Source of the DNA: a virus
Taxonomy: Duplodnaviria; Caudoviricetes
Length of the DNA stretch: 64,000 nt
Virus record (IMG/VR): IMGVR_UViG_3300006169_000166
Location: 4,590-68,589 of that record
Strand: one strand, 5' to 3'
Below the pieces are notes generated by a model, which was given only the letters and a program-made list of their open reading frames with translations, did no database searches and was not told the DNA's origin. The position numbers were made by a program, and so were the translations under genes. Below are positions 26,895 to 36,489 of the stretch, one piece after another. Within the stretch, counting starts at the first letter, position 1, and the number at the start of each line of letters is the position of its first letter.

Positions 26895-27404
26895 ATGAAC
26901 CATGCGGCTGCCCTTGAAATCCTCAGCTTCGACCATCGCGGCAGCATCGTCGGCTTCCTCAACGAACAGGCCAACAAGCTGGAGGTCAGCGGCCAGAAGC
27001 TGATCGCGAGTGCGTTGCGCGCCCAGGCATCCAACGTCGCGATCCAGATGGACATCCGCAGCGGCGCGCGGGGGATCGCCTCGCCGGTCGACGCCATCAT
27101 CGTGGAGATTTGCGCGCTCGTCGGCGGCACCAACCATGCCGAGGTCAGCGCCCATCACGGCGGCAGCGAGGCGACAAAGCGCGCCCGCCTTGCGGCGATG
27201 TGGGTGGCGAAGAAGAAGTTGCCCGACTGGACCGACGAGCAGATCGCCGTCCATTTCCGGCGCGACCGCAGCACGGTCAGTCACGGCATCAAGCGCGCGG
27301 AACTCCTGCGCGACCAGGACGCGAACTTCCGGGCGATCACCGATAATCTCGTCAAGCAGCCGATGCGCTGCGAGAATTGCCAGCACCCGCTGCTTTCGGT
27401 TTGA
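26895..27404 (+). CDS. Protein with DnaA C-terminal (domain IV) HTH
   Basis: ARLAAMWVAKK...IAVHFRRDRSTVSHGIKR. Confidence 0.75.
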   Translation: MNHAAALEILSFDHRGSIVGFLNEQANKLEVSGQKLIASALRAQASNVAIQMDIRSGARGIASPVDAIIVEICALVGGTNHAEVSAHHGGSEATKRARLAAMWVAKKKLPDWTDEQIAVHFRRDRSTVSHGIKRAELLRDQDANFRAITDNLVKQPMRCENCQHPLLSV

Positions 27405-27452
27405 CTTTGAGTCACTTTTTTAGTGTGTTGCTAATCAGAGGAGTGAGTTCCA

Positions 27453-27722
27453 ATGGCTGAACACGGGCAACCGGGCCACAATAGCGAAGGCACCGTCGCG
27501 GCCGATCAACTGCGGCTGTTCGTCGAGCGTGTCGAGCGTCTCGAGGAAGAAAAGAAGGGCATCGCGGACGACATCCGCGACGTTTACGCCGAAGCGAAGG
27601 CGAACGGCTACGACACCAAGACGATGCGCGCGGTCGTGCGGCTCCGGAAGATGGAGACCCACGTCCGGCAGGAAGCCGACGCGCTCCTCGAAACCTACCG
27701 CATCGCACTGGGTCTGGCGTGA
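27453..27722 (+). CDS. gapR: GapR (DUF2312) nucleoid-associated protein homolog
   Basis: [41 protein letters not shown]. Confidence 0.92.
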   Translation: MAEHGQPGHNSEGTVAADQLRLFVERVERLEEEKKGIADDIRDVYAEAKANGYDTKTMRAVVRLRKMETHVRQEADALLETYRIALGLA

Positions 27723-27946
27723 TGCTCGACTCCATCCTGCTGCTCTGCGTTGCCGCCTTCCTGGCGTTCATCGGCGGGGTTCAGGTCGCCGACGGCATCA
27801 GTGCGTTCAACAACCGCCGTTGCCACGCGATGGCGCCGCCGCCCTGGTTCCTGATCGACATCGCGACGTTCGTCATCGGCGTTGCCTGCATCTTCCTCGG
27901 CAGCTGGATCGCCGTCCAGGCGCTCGCCTGCTGGCACGTCGGATGA
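27719..27946 (+). CDS. Small membrane protein
   Basis: Two TM segments. Confidence 0.6.
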   Translation: MMLDSILLLCVAAFLAFIGGVQVADGISAFNNRRCHAMAPPPWFLIDIATFVIGVACIFLGSWIAVQALACWHVG

Positions 27947-28497
27947 CGAACCTCGGCGCGCCCTTCCCGGCGGACCTTGCCGACCTGCTGCGCATCGCCT
28001 GCGCGCAGGGCAAGTTCCGGCTGAATGTCTGGTTCGGCAACCGGCCGGAAACGGGGCGCGGCTACCAGGTCAATCTCGCCAACTCCGGCAACGGCTGGTC
28101 GGTCCTCTATCACGAGGACGCACTGGAGGGCATCGCGAAGGTGCTGCGGCAGAATTTCGGAGCGATGCTCAGCCGAGAGATGGCTGGCCCTGCGGCGCTC
28201 CCCGTCGGAGCGATATGGGACGGTGAAGATGAGGACGGGCCGCTCTGCCTGTGCGGTACGCTGAAGGCGTTCGATCGCTGCTGCGGAAGCAACCCCGACG
28301 ACGAGACGATCCGCGAGGCCCTGCTGTTCGTGCTCGGGCGGCGCGAGCGGTCGGACGGCAATGCGCAGGCGATCGCCGAGGCCGTATCGTTCGTCGAATT
28401 GCCGACGGACAGCAGCGGCGCGGATGTCGCCGAAGCCTTCGCCAACCTGATCGGCGCGCCTGTCGCCAACATCGACATCGAAAGCCTGATCGGATGA
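27943..28497 (+). CDS. Hypothetical protein with SEC-C-like Zn motif
   Basis: CLCGTLKAFDRCCG; ends IDIESLIG. Confidence 0.65.
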   Translation: MTNLGAPFPADLADLLRIACAQGKFRLNVWFGNRPETGRGYQVNLANSGNGWSVLYHEDALEGIAKVLRQNFGAMLSREMAGPAALPVGAIWDGEDEDGPLCLCGTLKAFDRCCGSNPDDETIREALLFVLGRRERSDGNAQAIAEAVSFVELPTDSSGADVAEAFANLIGAPVANIDIESLIG

Positions 28498-29131
28498 ATG
28501 CGCCGCTCGACATGGACGCGCTGATTGGCACGCCGCTTGCAGAGAGAGAGAGGGTGCTCGCACCGGCTTCAGCCACGAAAAGCCGATCACCGGCGCGACC
28601 GTCGAATGGTACACGCCCGCCTGGATATTCGAGGAGTTGGGACTCAGCTTCGACCTCGACCCCTGCGCGCCGCAGGGCGGCCTGCCGTGGATTCCCGCCA
28701 GGCGCTTCCTGTCGCTGCCCGACGACGGCCTTGCCGCCGACTGGCCGGATGGCGGCATGATCTGGTGCAACCCGCCTTACGGCCCGGACACGAAGAAATG
28801 GCTCGCCCGCATGGGGCAGCATGGCCGCGGCATCGCACTGGTGTTCGCGCGCACCGACACCGCCTGGTTCCATGAAACCGCCGCCGGTGCCGACGCCATC
28901 CTGTTCCTCAACGCGCGGGTGAAGTTCGTCGACCGGTCGGGCAAGCCACCGCTCATCTTCGACAAGAAAACCGGCAAGGCAAAGGAATCCAGCCCCGGCG
29001 CCGGCTCGATGCTGGTCGCATGGGGATGCTCGGCAGCGCGCGCACTGCGCCGAATGGCCGAACACCGCGGCCTGTTCCTCGACCTCGCGCTCGGCCGCAA
29101 CGACATCTTCATCAAGGAACTCGTCGGATGA
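28494..29131 (+). pseudogene. Phage N6-adenine methyltransferase, frameshifted at (AG)6
   Basis: EWYTP, FDLDPCA, WCNPPYG, ARTDTAWF lie in a frame lacking an upstream start; 638 nt in total, and removing one AG at 28541-28552 gives a 211-aa ORF. Confidence 0.8.
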
Positions 29132-29742
29132 GCGGCCCCTTCGACCATCTTCCCGGCGGCTATGGCGTGATCGAGGCCGACCCTGCCTGGGCCTGGACGA
29201 GCTACGCCGGCAAGGCGAGCGCGCCGCACCGCACCGAGGAAGCCCCCTACCCGGTCATGTCGCTCGACGAAATGAAGGCGCTGCCGGTCGCCGACCTCGC
29301 GGCGAAGGATTGCCTGCTCAACATGTGGGTGATCGGCAGCCATCTCGACCAGGCGATCGAACTCGGCCGCCACTGGGGCTTCACATTCAAGAGCGACGGT
29401 TTCGTGTGGGTGAAAACCGGCAAGTACGACCCCGACGTCCGCCCGATCAGCATGGGCAAGTGGGTGCGCAAGCAGGTCGAATATTCGCTGCTGTTCTCCC
29501 GCGGCAAGCCGACCCGCACCGACGCCGCCGTCCGCCAGCTGATCGAGACCGGCGATAACGTCATCTATACCCCGAAGCGGGAGCACAGCCGCAAGCCCGA
29601 TGAACGCTACGAGCGGATCGAACGGTTGTGCGAAGGCCCCTACGTCGAACTGTTCGCCCGCTCCCGCCGCGACGGCTGGGATGCCTGGGGCAACGAAGTC
29701 GGCAAATTTTCTCGCGACCCCATCCTGGAGTTGATCGGATGA
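29128..29742 (+). CDS. MT-A70-family adenine methyltransferase
   Basis: IEADPAW, YPVMS, FVWVK, HSRKPD, ELFAR. Confidence 0.9.
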   Translation: MSGPFDHLPGGYGVIEADPAWAWTSYAGKASAPHRTEEAPYPVMSLDEMKALPVADLAAKDCLLNMWVIGSHLDQAIELGRHWGFTFKSDGFVWVKTGKYDPDVRPISMGKWVRKQVEYSLLFSRGKPTRTDAAVRQLIETGDNVIYTPKREHSRKPDERYERIERLCEGPYVELFARSRRDGWDAWGNEVGKFSRDPILELIG

Positions 29743-30167
29743 ACGCCCCAACCACGATTCACTGCGCCGGTGACTATCGCCGTGCCGAGGCCGAGATTGC
29801 CCGACTGACCCGGCAGGTCGCCGACCTCACCTATGAGCGCGACCATTGGAAGAAGGAGGCGTGCCTGCTGGTCGAGAGCGACCGCATCGCCGAAGTGCAA
29901 CAGGCATTCGGACTGACCGCGCCGGAGGCGCTCCTCTGCTCCGCGCTCTACCAGCGCCGCGACAAGCTGGTGCCGGCATCGACGCTCGAGGATCTGCTCG
30001 ACGAGGCGCGCGGCCACAGCCTCGAATCCAACATCGTGTCGGTGATGATCGGCAAGATCCGCGACAAGCTCGGCGAGGATGCGATCCTGACCTTCCGGGG
30101 TCGCGGCTACCGCCTGTCCGACGCCATGCTCGAGCAGTTCAAATCGAGGCTCGGAAGCGATGGATAG
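29739..30167 (+). CDS. OmpR/CtrA-type winged-helix protein without receiver domain
   Basis: FGLTAPE, NIVSVMIGKIRDKLG...ILTFRGRGYRL. Confidence 0.8.
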   Translation: MNAPTTIHCAGDYRRAEAEIARLTRQVADLTYERDHWKKEACLLVESDRIAEVQQAFGLTAPEALLCSALYQRRDKLVPASTLEDLLDEARGHSLESNIVSVMIGKIRDKLGEDAILTFRGRGYRLSDAMLEQFKSRLGSDG

Positions 30168-30221
30168 GCAAATGCCTCTTGCGCTGTAGGATTTCTCCGT
30201 TCAAAGAACGAAACGAGAACA

Positions 30222-30761
30222 TTAGCGCGAGTCGGAAGAATGTCCAGCATGGAAAACGGATCGGGCGGCCTGCGCCAGGACGCGGGCGACATCGGCATTT
30301 TCGGCCGAGTCGGAGAGTTCGGCCATGCCTGCGAGTGCCTGGGCGAGCGCCTCGGCCAGCATCCTGCGCTTGGCGTCGGTGATGTCGCAGCCGACCGCAG
30401 GGAGCAGTTCGCCGAGCATCGCGTCGAGCACACCCCCGCGCGGAGCGAAGCCGGCGCGTCCCTCGAGATAATCGAGGATCGACGGAACCCGGGCCGCGCG
30501 GGCGAGCGCGTCGAGCGTCGTCACCGAGCTGACCGACTGATATTCCTCGGACATCGCCCGGGTGACCGTCGTCGGCGCCAGGCCCGCCTCGCGCGCCCAG
30601 CGCTCCGGCTTCCATTGCAGCCGTGCCAGTTGCCGGCGCATCCAGCCGACGATGATCCTCTGCTGCCCCCGCATCTCAGCAGGGCTTATGGACTTCCGGA
30701 GCATCTCGCATCCTGCAATAATCAGTTGACGAAGCTGCACGTTTGCAGTCTGGTGGAACAT
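30222..30761 (-). CDS. XRE-like HTH regulator, candidate repressor (no S24 peptidase domain)
   Basis: PERWAREAGLAPTTVTR...TLDALARAA; start uncertain. Confidence 0.65.
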   Translation of the reverse strand: MFHQTANVQLRQLIIAGCEMLRKSISPAEMRGQQRIIVGWMRRQLARLQWKPERWAREAGLAPTTVTRAMSEEYQSVSSVTTLDALARAARVPSILDYLEGRAGFAPRGGVLDAMLGELLPAVGCDITDAKRRMLAEALAQALAGMAELSDSAENADVARVLAQAARSVFHAGHSSDSR

Positions 30762-30915
30762 GCTCGGAACGGCATAGGTCGAGTCGCGGGGGCGACCCGA
30801 CGGGGAGGAACCGAAATAATGAGGAGTGGTTAGACGGTCAGGCACAGATAGCGCAGCTATAACGGTCGCGCAACAACGGCAATTTTGCAGCAAATGCACA
30901 TCGAAAGTTGACCCA

Positions 30916-31263
30916 ATGCCTGACAGAAATTCAATATTGTCGTTCGCGTGCGCGGGAACGGCAGGAGTCGATTTGTGGCCGGAAAGTCCGGCAATGCCCT
31001 ACGGCGAGGCCAATGCCGTCGGTCGCGCCCGCGCCGAGGAGCTGCTCGGCGTCATCAAGCGCACCGAATCCCCGGCGATGCTCGGCCATGTGATGGAAGC
31101 GATCGTCAAGTCGGGCCGCTTCGGGGGAATGGAGGTCGGCTTCTTCCATGTGCTCAGCCAGGAAATCCTCGCGCCCGAGGCCATCCGCGAGTTCGTCGAA
31201 GTGCCGCGCGACAATGATTTCCCGGTCGCGTTCCAGTTGAACCATCTGAGGATGGTCGGTTAA
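30916..31263 (+). CDS. Hypothetical protein divergent from the HTH gene
   Basis: 115-aa ORF after an AT-richer intergenic region. Confidence 0.6.
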   Translation: MPDRNSILSFACAGTAGVDLWPESPAMPYGEANAVGRARAEELLGVIKRTESPAMLGHVMEAIVKSGRFGGMEVGFFHVLSQEILAPEAIREFVEVPRDNDFPVAFQLNHLRMVG

Positions 31264-31264
31264 T

Positions 31265-31525
31265 TCAGCGTGCCGACGGGCGGCCCGATGCTCGGCGGGC
31301 CGATTCCTTCAGGCATTGCCGCTCGATCCGGCGCAGCTTGCCGCAGCGGCATGAAATCACCCACAATCGCGACAGCCGGCCGTTCCACAGGATCCGGCGC
31401 TGCGTCATCGGATGCCCGCGCCACCGGCACGAGAGGCGACGCGGCAGCATGTCGATCCCAAGCGCGACGGCGACCAGCGCCGCAAGGGCCATCAGCAGCA
31501 CGAAAGTAGCCCAGTGGGCGATCAC
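31265..31525 (-). CDS. Small membrane protein with Cys/His motif
   Basis: GTGA overlap; TM helix then C.WRGH...CRCG. Confidence 0.55.
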   Translation of the reverse strand: MIAHWATFVLLMALAALVAVALGIDMLPRRLSCRWRGHPMTQRRILWNGRLSRLWVISCRCGKLRRIERQCLKESARRASGRPSAR

Positions 31526-33183
31526 GCCCGATATTTTCCGTCGATGATGGTGACCAGGCTTCGTCGGCCGTTCGGATAGGTCACCCCTTGCGTATGCGAC
31601 CAGCTCGACAGCGCCGGGTTGTTGTAGCCCTGGTCGAACCGGCCGCAGAGGCCGACCATATGAACCCCGTCGAGGATCGCCGCCGAATGGCCGTGGCCGA
31701 CGGTCATCCGGACGCTGACCTTGCCGAGGTTGAGCGGTGAGCCGCGGGCGCCGTTCGGTCCTTCGTCGCCGTGCAGGCCGCATTCGATCCCGCCGCGGTC
31801 CTGGCAGATGAGGTAGGAGCCGCCGCGCGGCACGAACACGACGTCGTCGAGCAGGCGCGGGTCGTGCCGGCCGAGCGCGAAACGGAACAGGTCGAAATCC
31901 TCGGCCCCGGCCGCGATCCGGCGGTGCCACTCGAGGTTGAGCTCGCACCAGGTCTCCAGGTTGAGCGGGTCGTCGCGCGGGTCGGTCTCCTTGAGCCAGC
32001 GCAGCAGCGCGTCGTTATGGTTCGAGGCGACGACCACGCTGGTGCAGTCGTCGCGCTGGGTCGCGCGCAGGAACCGCGTGCAGGCCGACAATTCGTCGTC
32101 GACGCCGTCCGCGCCCTGCACCAGCATCTTCTTCGCGTGGATATGGTCGCCGCGGCGGTGATGGTTGCGCGACCGGAAATCGAGCAGGTCGTGGAAGAAC
32201 TGGTGCCGGGGGCGCAACGCCGCAAGCATGCTGTCGGAATCGGCGATGCTGTCGGTTGCGATGTCGAGGCCCCAACAGGCCCGCGCGGCGACGGGGTCGA
32301 GCTGCTCGCGGTGGATGTCGCCCCAGCTGATCGCCTCGACGCGGTGGCCGAAGCTGACCTCGCCGTTCCGCACGACCGCGTCCAGATCCTGGAAACTGCC
32401 GTCGGCCGCCGCGCCGATCTGCCGGCAGAAAATCCGGTCGGCGCCGTCGACCTCGACGATGGTCGCGCCGATCTGGTGGTGGAACTCGGCCTTGAGGCCC
32501 GCCTTCTTCTCGATATAGTTCGGCACCGTGCAGGCGCCGGTGGTCATCACCATCGCCGCGCGGCCGCGGCTCGGCACCGACAGCAGCTGCACCTTCGCAT
32601 GGCCGATGACGGTCCACGCGCCGCGCCCGTAATTGTCGAGTCCGGACAGCGGCCGCACCGCCGTCGGCAAGATGTTCATCTTCGCCGCGAACAGGAGCGG
32701 CCCGAGCATCCGGTCGTCATGCACCAGGTTGGGCTGCACCGCCTCGGCGAACACCGCGGTGCGCGAGGCATGGTCCTCGAACAGCGACTTGTTGTAGGTG
32801 AAGCCCGCGACCAGCACCTCGGCGCCGATCCGCTCGCCATACGCCAGCAGGTTGCGCCAGAAGGCCTCGTCGACGCGCGTCTCGTCCTGCGCGGCGGTCA
32901 GCAGCCAGCGGCGCACCTTGCTGTCGCCGATCGCTGCCGGGACGACCTTGCCGCTGCGGCGCCCGGCCAGGGTTTCACCTGCACGCCAGGCATCGGCCAG
33001 TGCCGCCTTGCGGTCGATCAGCCTGCCGGGGTTGCGTTCCCGCACCCGCTCGACGATCCGGAAGAAGCTGCGCTCGGACTTGTAGCCGAGATGCTCGCGC
33101 ACCTCCTTCAGCGTCGGGAAGGCGCGGCGGTCGTTGAACGCGGCGATGATCGCCTCGTCGCCGTGGCGCTGCTTGCCGGCCAT
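31522..33183 (-). CDS. Calcineurin-like metallophosphoesterase with N-terminal extension
   Basis: GDIH, HDLLD, SNH, HGD, GHGHS. Confidence 0.7.
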   Translation of the reverse strand: MAGKQRHGDEAIIAAFNDRRAFPTLKEVREHLGYKSERSFFRIVERVRERNPGRLIDRKAALADAWRAGETLAGRRSGKVVPAAIGDSKVRRWLLTAAQDETRVDEAFWRNLLAYGERIGAEVLVAGFTYNKSLFEDHASRTAVFAEAVQPNLVHDDRMLGPLLFAAKMNILPTAVRPLSGLDNYGRGAWTVIGHAKVQLLSVPSRGRAAMVMTTGACTVPNYIEKKAGLKAEFHHQIGATIVEVDGADRIFCRQIGAAADGSFQDLDAVVRNGEVSFGHRVEAISWGDIHREQLDPVAARACWGLDIATDSIADSDSMLAALRPRHQFFHDLLDFRSRNHHRRGDHIHAKKMLVQGADGVDDELSACTRFLRATQRDDCTSVVVASNHNDALLRWLKETDPRDDPLNLETWCELNLEWHRRIAAGAEDFDLFRFALGRHDPRLLDDVVFVPRGGSYLICQDRGGIECGLHGDEGPNGARGSPLNLGKVSVRMTVGHGHSAAILDGVHMVGLCGRFDQGYNNPALSSWSHTQGVTYPNGRRSLVTIIDGKYRA

Positions 33184-33187
33184 CGGC

Positions 33188-33502
33188 TTAGCGCGCCGCC
33201 GGTTCCGGCGCGCGGGATTGCGCCTGAAGGATCTCGACCTGGGCCTGTAGCCGGATCTTGTCGGGGTCGGGGGCGTCGAGCACGCGCACCGAAAGGAATC
33301 CGATCACGCTGATGACGAGGCCGGCGAGAACCGTGCCGCCCCAGCCGATCAGCCTGGTGATCGAGCCGAGCTTGTCGTGGATGTTGGTATAGCGTGCGAG
33401 GCAGACATCCTCGTGGCCCTTGATTTCGGCGAGCGCCTTCTGCGCGTCGTCGCGGGCGACCTGGTCGACGAACGCCGTCATCGCCATCGGATAATCGCTC
33501 AT
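33188..33502 (-). CDS. Single-TM lysis-cassette membrane protein
   Basis: HEDVCLARY coiled region plus TM helix. Confidence 0.6.
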   Translation of the reverse strand: MSDYPMAMTAFVDQVARDDAQKALAEIKGHEDVCLARYTNIHDKLGSITRLIGWGGTVLAGLVISVIGFLSVRVLDAPDPDKIRLQAQVEILQAQSRAPEPAAR

Positions 33503-33795
33503 CGGACGGTTCCGCCGCAGCCGGTGATCCCGGCTTTCACCTTCGCCAGATCCTCGTTGCGCTCCTCGCGTCCGATCAGCAGCGCGACGACCTGGTCGTA
33601 GATGTCCTTGAGGCCCTCGGCCGCCGCGTCGCTGTAGGTCTCGCGGACATCAACCTCGGCCTTGCACAGAACCGGCACCGGCACCTTGACCTCGACCGTG
33701 CGGATGGCGGGTTCCGGGCGCGGGCGGTCGCCGCAGCCCGCAAGCGCGGCAAGGCCCATGAGCCAGATTGCGAACAGGTACAGGCGCTTCTTCAT
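33499..33795 (-). CDS. Outer-membrane spanin (Rz1-like lipoprotein)
   Basis: Lipobox LAGC; Pro-rich VEVKVPVPVLC. Confidence 0.8.
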   Translation of the reverse strand: MKKRLYLFAIWLMGLAALAGCGDRPRPEPAIRTVEVKVPVPVLCKAEVDVRETYSDAAAEGLKDIYDQVVALLIGREERNEDLAKVKAGITGCGGTVR

Positions 33796-34217
33796 TGCGT
33801 GCGCTCCCGTGCGAGGGTGTTGCGGATAAGGGCGGAGGCGGACGCCGCCCGGTCGTCGCCGGGCTTCGCATCGCGGATGGCGGCGACGTTGCGGTCGCGG
33901 GTCGCAGCCGCCGCGGCCGACGCGGTCGCCTGCTCGGCGCTGGCCTTCGCTGCGGCGAGGTCGCCCGCCGCCTTCAATTCGGTGACGGCCTGATTCTGCT
34001 TCGCGAGCGATGCGGTGAGATTGGCCTGGTTGATGCGCAACGTGGCATTGTCGGCCGTCAGGCCGCGGTTCTCGGTCTCAAGACGAGTGACAGTTTCGCG
34101 GAGCGCGGTGACCGTCGCGCGGCCGGAGAAATATTGCCAGCCGCTGGTGGCGAGCGCGGCGAGTAGGAGGGTGCCGAGGATCGGGCCGGCCAGTCGACCG
34201 GTGATGAAGCTAAACAT
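33792..34217 (-). CDS. Inner-membrane spanin (Rz-like)
   Basis: N-terminal TM plus Ala-rich coiled coil. Confidence 0.75.
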   Translation of the reverse strand: MFSFITGRLAGPILGTLLLAALATSGWQYFSGRATVTALRETVTRLETENRGLTADNATLRINQANLTASLAKQNQAVTELKAAGDLAAAKASAEQATASAAAAATRDRNVAAIRDAKPGDDRAASASALIRNTLARERTQ

Positions 34218-34482
34218 CGGATTCTCCATTGGCGTGGGCGGCGGTTCCCCACTTCTTGCCGACTTCGCGCACCGCGAAAGTCGCGGCGCAGGCCGTGATC
34301 CACGCGGCGCCTTCGGCAAGGTTCGGGATCGTCCAGGTCGCGAGCGGGATGATGCAAAGGTTGATGATGGTGCCGCCTGCGATCCCGATGCAGGTCACCG
34401 GCCGCCACCATTTGCGAACCACGCACAAGGCCATTTCCTGCACGCGCAGGATCCGCTGCATGAGCCTGGCGCGAAGCGTCAT
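34210..34482 (-). CDS. Holin
   Basis: WWRP motif, two TM segments, follows the endolysin. Confidence 0.7.
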   Translation of the reverse strand: MTLRARLMQRILRVQEMALCVVRKWWRPVTCIGIAGGTIINLCIIPLATWTIPNLAEGAAWITACAATFAVREVGKKWGTAAHANGESDV

Positions 34483-35141
34483 GCGCCGCGCCGCAGCAGT
34501 TCCGCGACGACGCGGTCGAACCGGGCCTTGCGGTCGGCGAGGCCGTTGGTGCCGCCGTTGACGGCGATCGTCTCGTCGGTGACGCCGGGGGTTGCCGCCA
34601 GATCCTCGAGGCCGTTGACCTTGAAGAACCAGCACATCGACATCGCGCCGCCGTTGGTCGAACGCAGATAGTCCGGCACCTGCGCAAGCGGGATGCCGAC
34701 GGCGGCAGCGAACGCCCTATGGTTCTTCGCGCCGGTTACCTGGAACGGGCCGAAGCCGCGGTGGCGCCAACCGTCGCCGCTCTCGGGCGGGCCATTGCCC
34801 ATCCGGTTGGCATAGACGTAGTTCGCCAGTTTCTCCGGGTTGCGGCAGTACGGCCTGCAGCTTTCGACCGTGGGGAAGCGGGCGCGCCCCGCCTTCCCCC
34901 TGCCGAACACTTCCTTGATCCGTTCCGGCGTCGTGTAGTTGAGGTTTTCCGACAGGCGGGTGAATCCCGCGCTCTCGTGGCCGGCCTGCGCCAACAGCGC
35001 GGCGATCTCGCGCACGGTGTCGATGCCGAACTTGCGGCAGCCCAGCTTGATCGGGTCGGCCCAACCGGCGAGCATCAGGATGCTGTTTTCCGGGGCGGCG
35101 AGCTTCAGCAGCTGCGCGTCGATCATGTCGATTACATGCAC
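34479..35141 (-). CDS. GH19 endolysin
   Basis: LAQAGHESAGF...ENLNY, YANRMGNG, DGWRHRGFGPFQVTG, NGGTNGLADR. Confidence 0.92.
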   Translation of the reverse strand: MHVIDMIDAQLLKLAAPENSILMLAGWADPIKLGCRKFGIDTVREIAALLAQAGHESAGFTRLSENLNYTTPERIKEVFGRGKAGRARFPTVESCRPYCRNPEKLANYVYANRMGNGPPESGDGWRHRGFGPFQVTGAKNHRAFAAAVGIPLAQVPDYLRSTNGGAMSMCWFFKVNGLEDLAATPGVTDETIAVNGGTNGLADRKARFDRVVAELLRRGA

Positions 35142-35209
35142 TCGCCCGCTCTCCGAATCACTAATTAAGTGATTGTTACCACGAAGAACCGTTCAGGGCA
35201 AAAGTCCGG

Positions 35210-36454
35210 TCAGCCGACGAGTCGATAGAACAGCATCGCGGCGCCGGTGAACGTCGCCGTGCCCGATACTTCGGTGGCCTTTACGATCAGCATTTTGGCG
35301 GTCGCATTGAGTACCGCGCCAATCGTCGCCGATTTGCTGTACCAGTTGACAGTGGTGTCGCCGGCACCGTCGATGTTCGCCAATGCAGCATCGTTTGTCG
35401 TCGCGTTGGAGGCCGGCCGCCATCCCAATGTGAAGTCCCATTCACCGGCCCCGTTGCGAAGCATGGTTGCTTCGAAGCGCTCGAGATAGAGTCCGTAAAC
35501 ACCGGCATAGGGAACCGGGAAATAGGTCTCGGATGTCACCGAGACGCCGCTGAACGAGCCCGTGTTCATCGAGAACAGTTGCGTCGAAAGCCAGCGCGTC
35601 CCGTCGTAATAATATTCGATCGCGCGGTCGCTGCGATAGAAAAGGTCGCCACTGGAGGGCGAACCGGGGAACGCCGTGCCCGACGCGACCCCGCCGCCCC
35701 CTCCGACGTCGCTTCGATCAATGAACTCGACGCCGTCCTCGGTAGCGAGCACCGACAGCAACCTGCTCGCCTGACCGGCGAAGGTCGCAGGCACATTCTC
35801 GAGGTCGAGGAAGTTCGGCTCGACCCATGCGCCGTTCTTGCGCGTATAGGCCGCGCCATCGCTCGGCGCGTCCGTCAGGCCGCCCGACGAGGCGACCGTC
35901 AGCGTGTCGGCACCGTCGTTGTAGGTCAAGGTGACGTTCGACCCCGCCGTCAGCAGCGTGGCGACGAGATCCATAATCTCTTCGTTGGTCGGGCCGCTGC
36001 TGCCGCCCGTAGCCGCGATCGTGATCGTGTCCGACCCGTCGTTCGGCGTGATGGTGACGTTGCTGCCGCTGACCAGTGCGGCGGCAATGGTGTCGCGCAC
36101 ATCCTCGGCCGTCAGCGCCGCCGCGTCGTTCACCCAGGCCGTGCCGCTGAACTGGGTGAACAGGCCGAGCGTCGTGTTGAAGAAGCGCCAGCCCGCGAGC
36201 GGCGTGCGATAATGCCACGACCCCTCGTCATAGACGGCGAGCGCGTTCGGGTGCGTGCCATGCGCCGCGGCGAGCAGGTAGATGTCACCCTCGGCGGGCG
36301 AACCCGGCTCGGCCAGAACCTGGTCGATGACGCGGCCCTGGACGATGACGGACAACCACAGCAGATTGTCGTCCATCGCGTCTTTCCAGCCGCTGCTGCC
36401 TTCGTCCCAATCTGCTGTTAGGCCGATACCGCCTGCTACCGTGCGCGCAACCAT
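35210..36454 (-). CDS. DUF2793-containing tail/receptor-binding protein
   Basis: GWKDAMDDNL, P.SPAEGDIY, PLAGW; two GSNVT repeats; PGSPSSGDLFY second module. Confidence 0.8.
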   Translation of the reverse strand: MVARTVAGGIGLTADWDEGSSGWKDAMDDNLLWLSVIVQGRVIDQVLAEPGSPAEGDIYLLAAAHGTHPNALAVYDEGSWHYRTPLAGWRFFNTTLGLFTQFSGTAWVNDAAALTAEDVRDTIAAALVSGSNVTITPNDGSDTITIAATGGSSGPTNEEIMDLVATLLTAGSNVTLTYNDGADTLTVASSGGLTDAPSDGAAYTRKNGAWVEPNFLDLENVPATFAGQASRLLSVLATEDGVEFIDRSDVGGGGGVASGTAFPGSPSSGDLFYRSDRAIEYYYDGTRWLSTQLFSMNTGSFSGVSVTSETYFPVPYAGVYGLYLERFEATMLRNGAGEWDFTLGWRPASNATTNDAALANIDGAGDTTVNWYSKSATIGAVLNATAKMLIVKATEVSGTATFTGAAMLFYRLVG

Positions 36455-36489
36455 GTTCGTTCCTCTATCACCTGTTTAGTGAATTGCCC

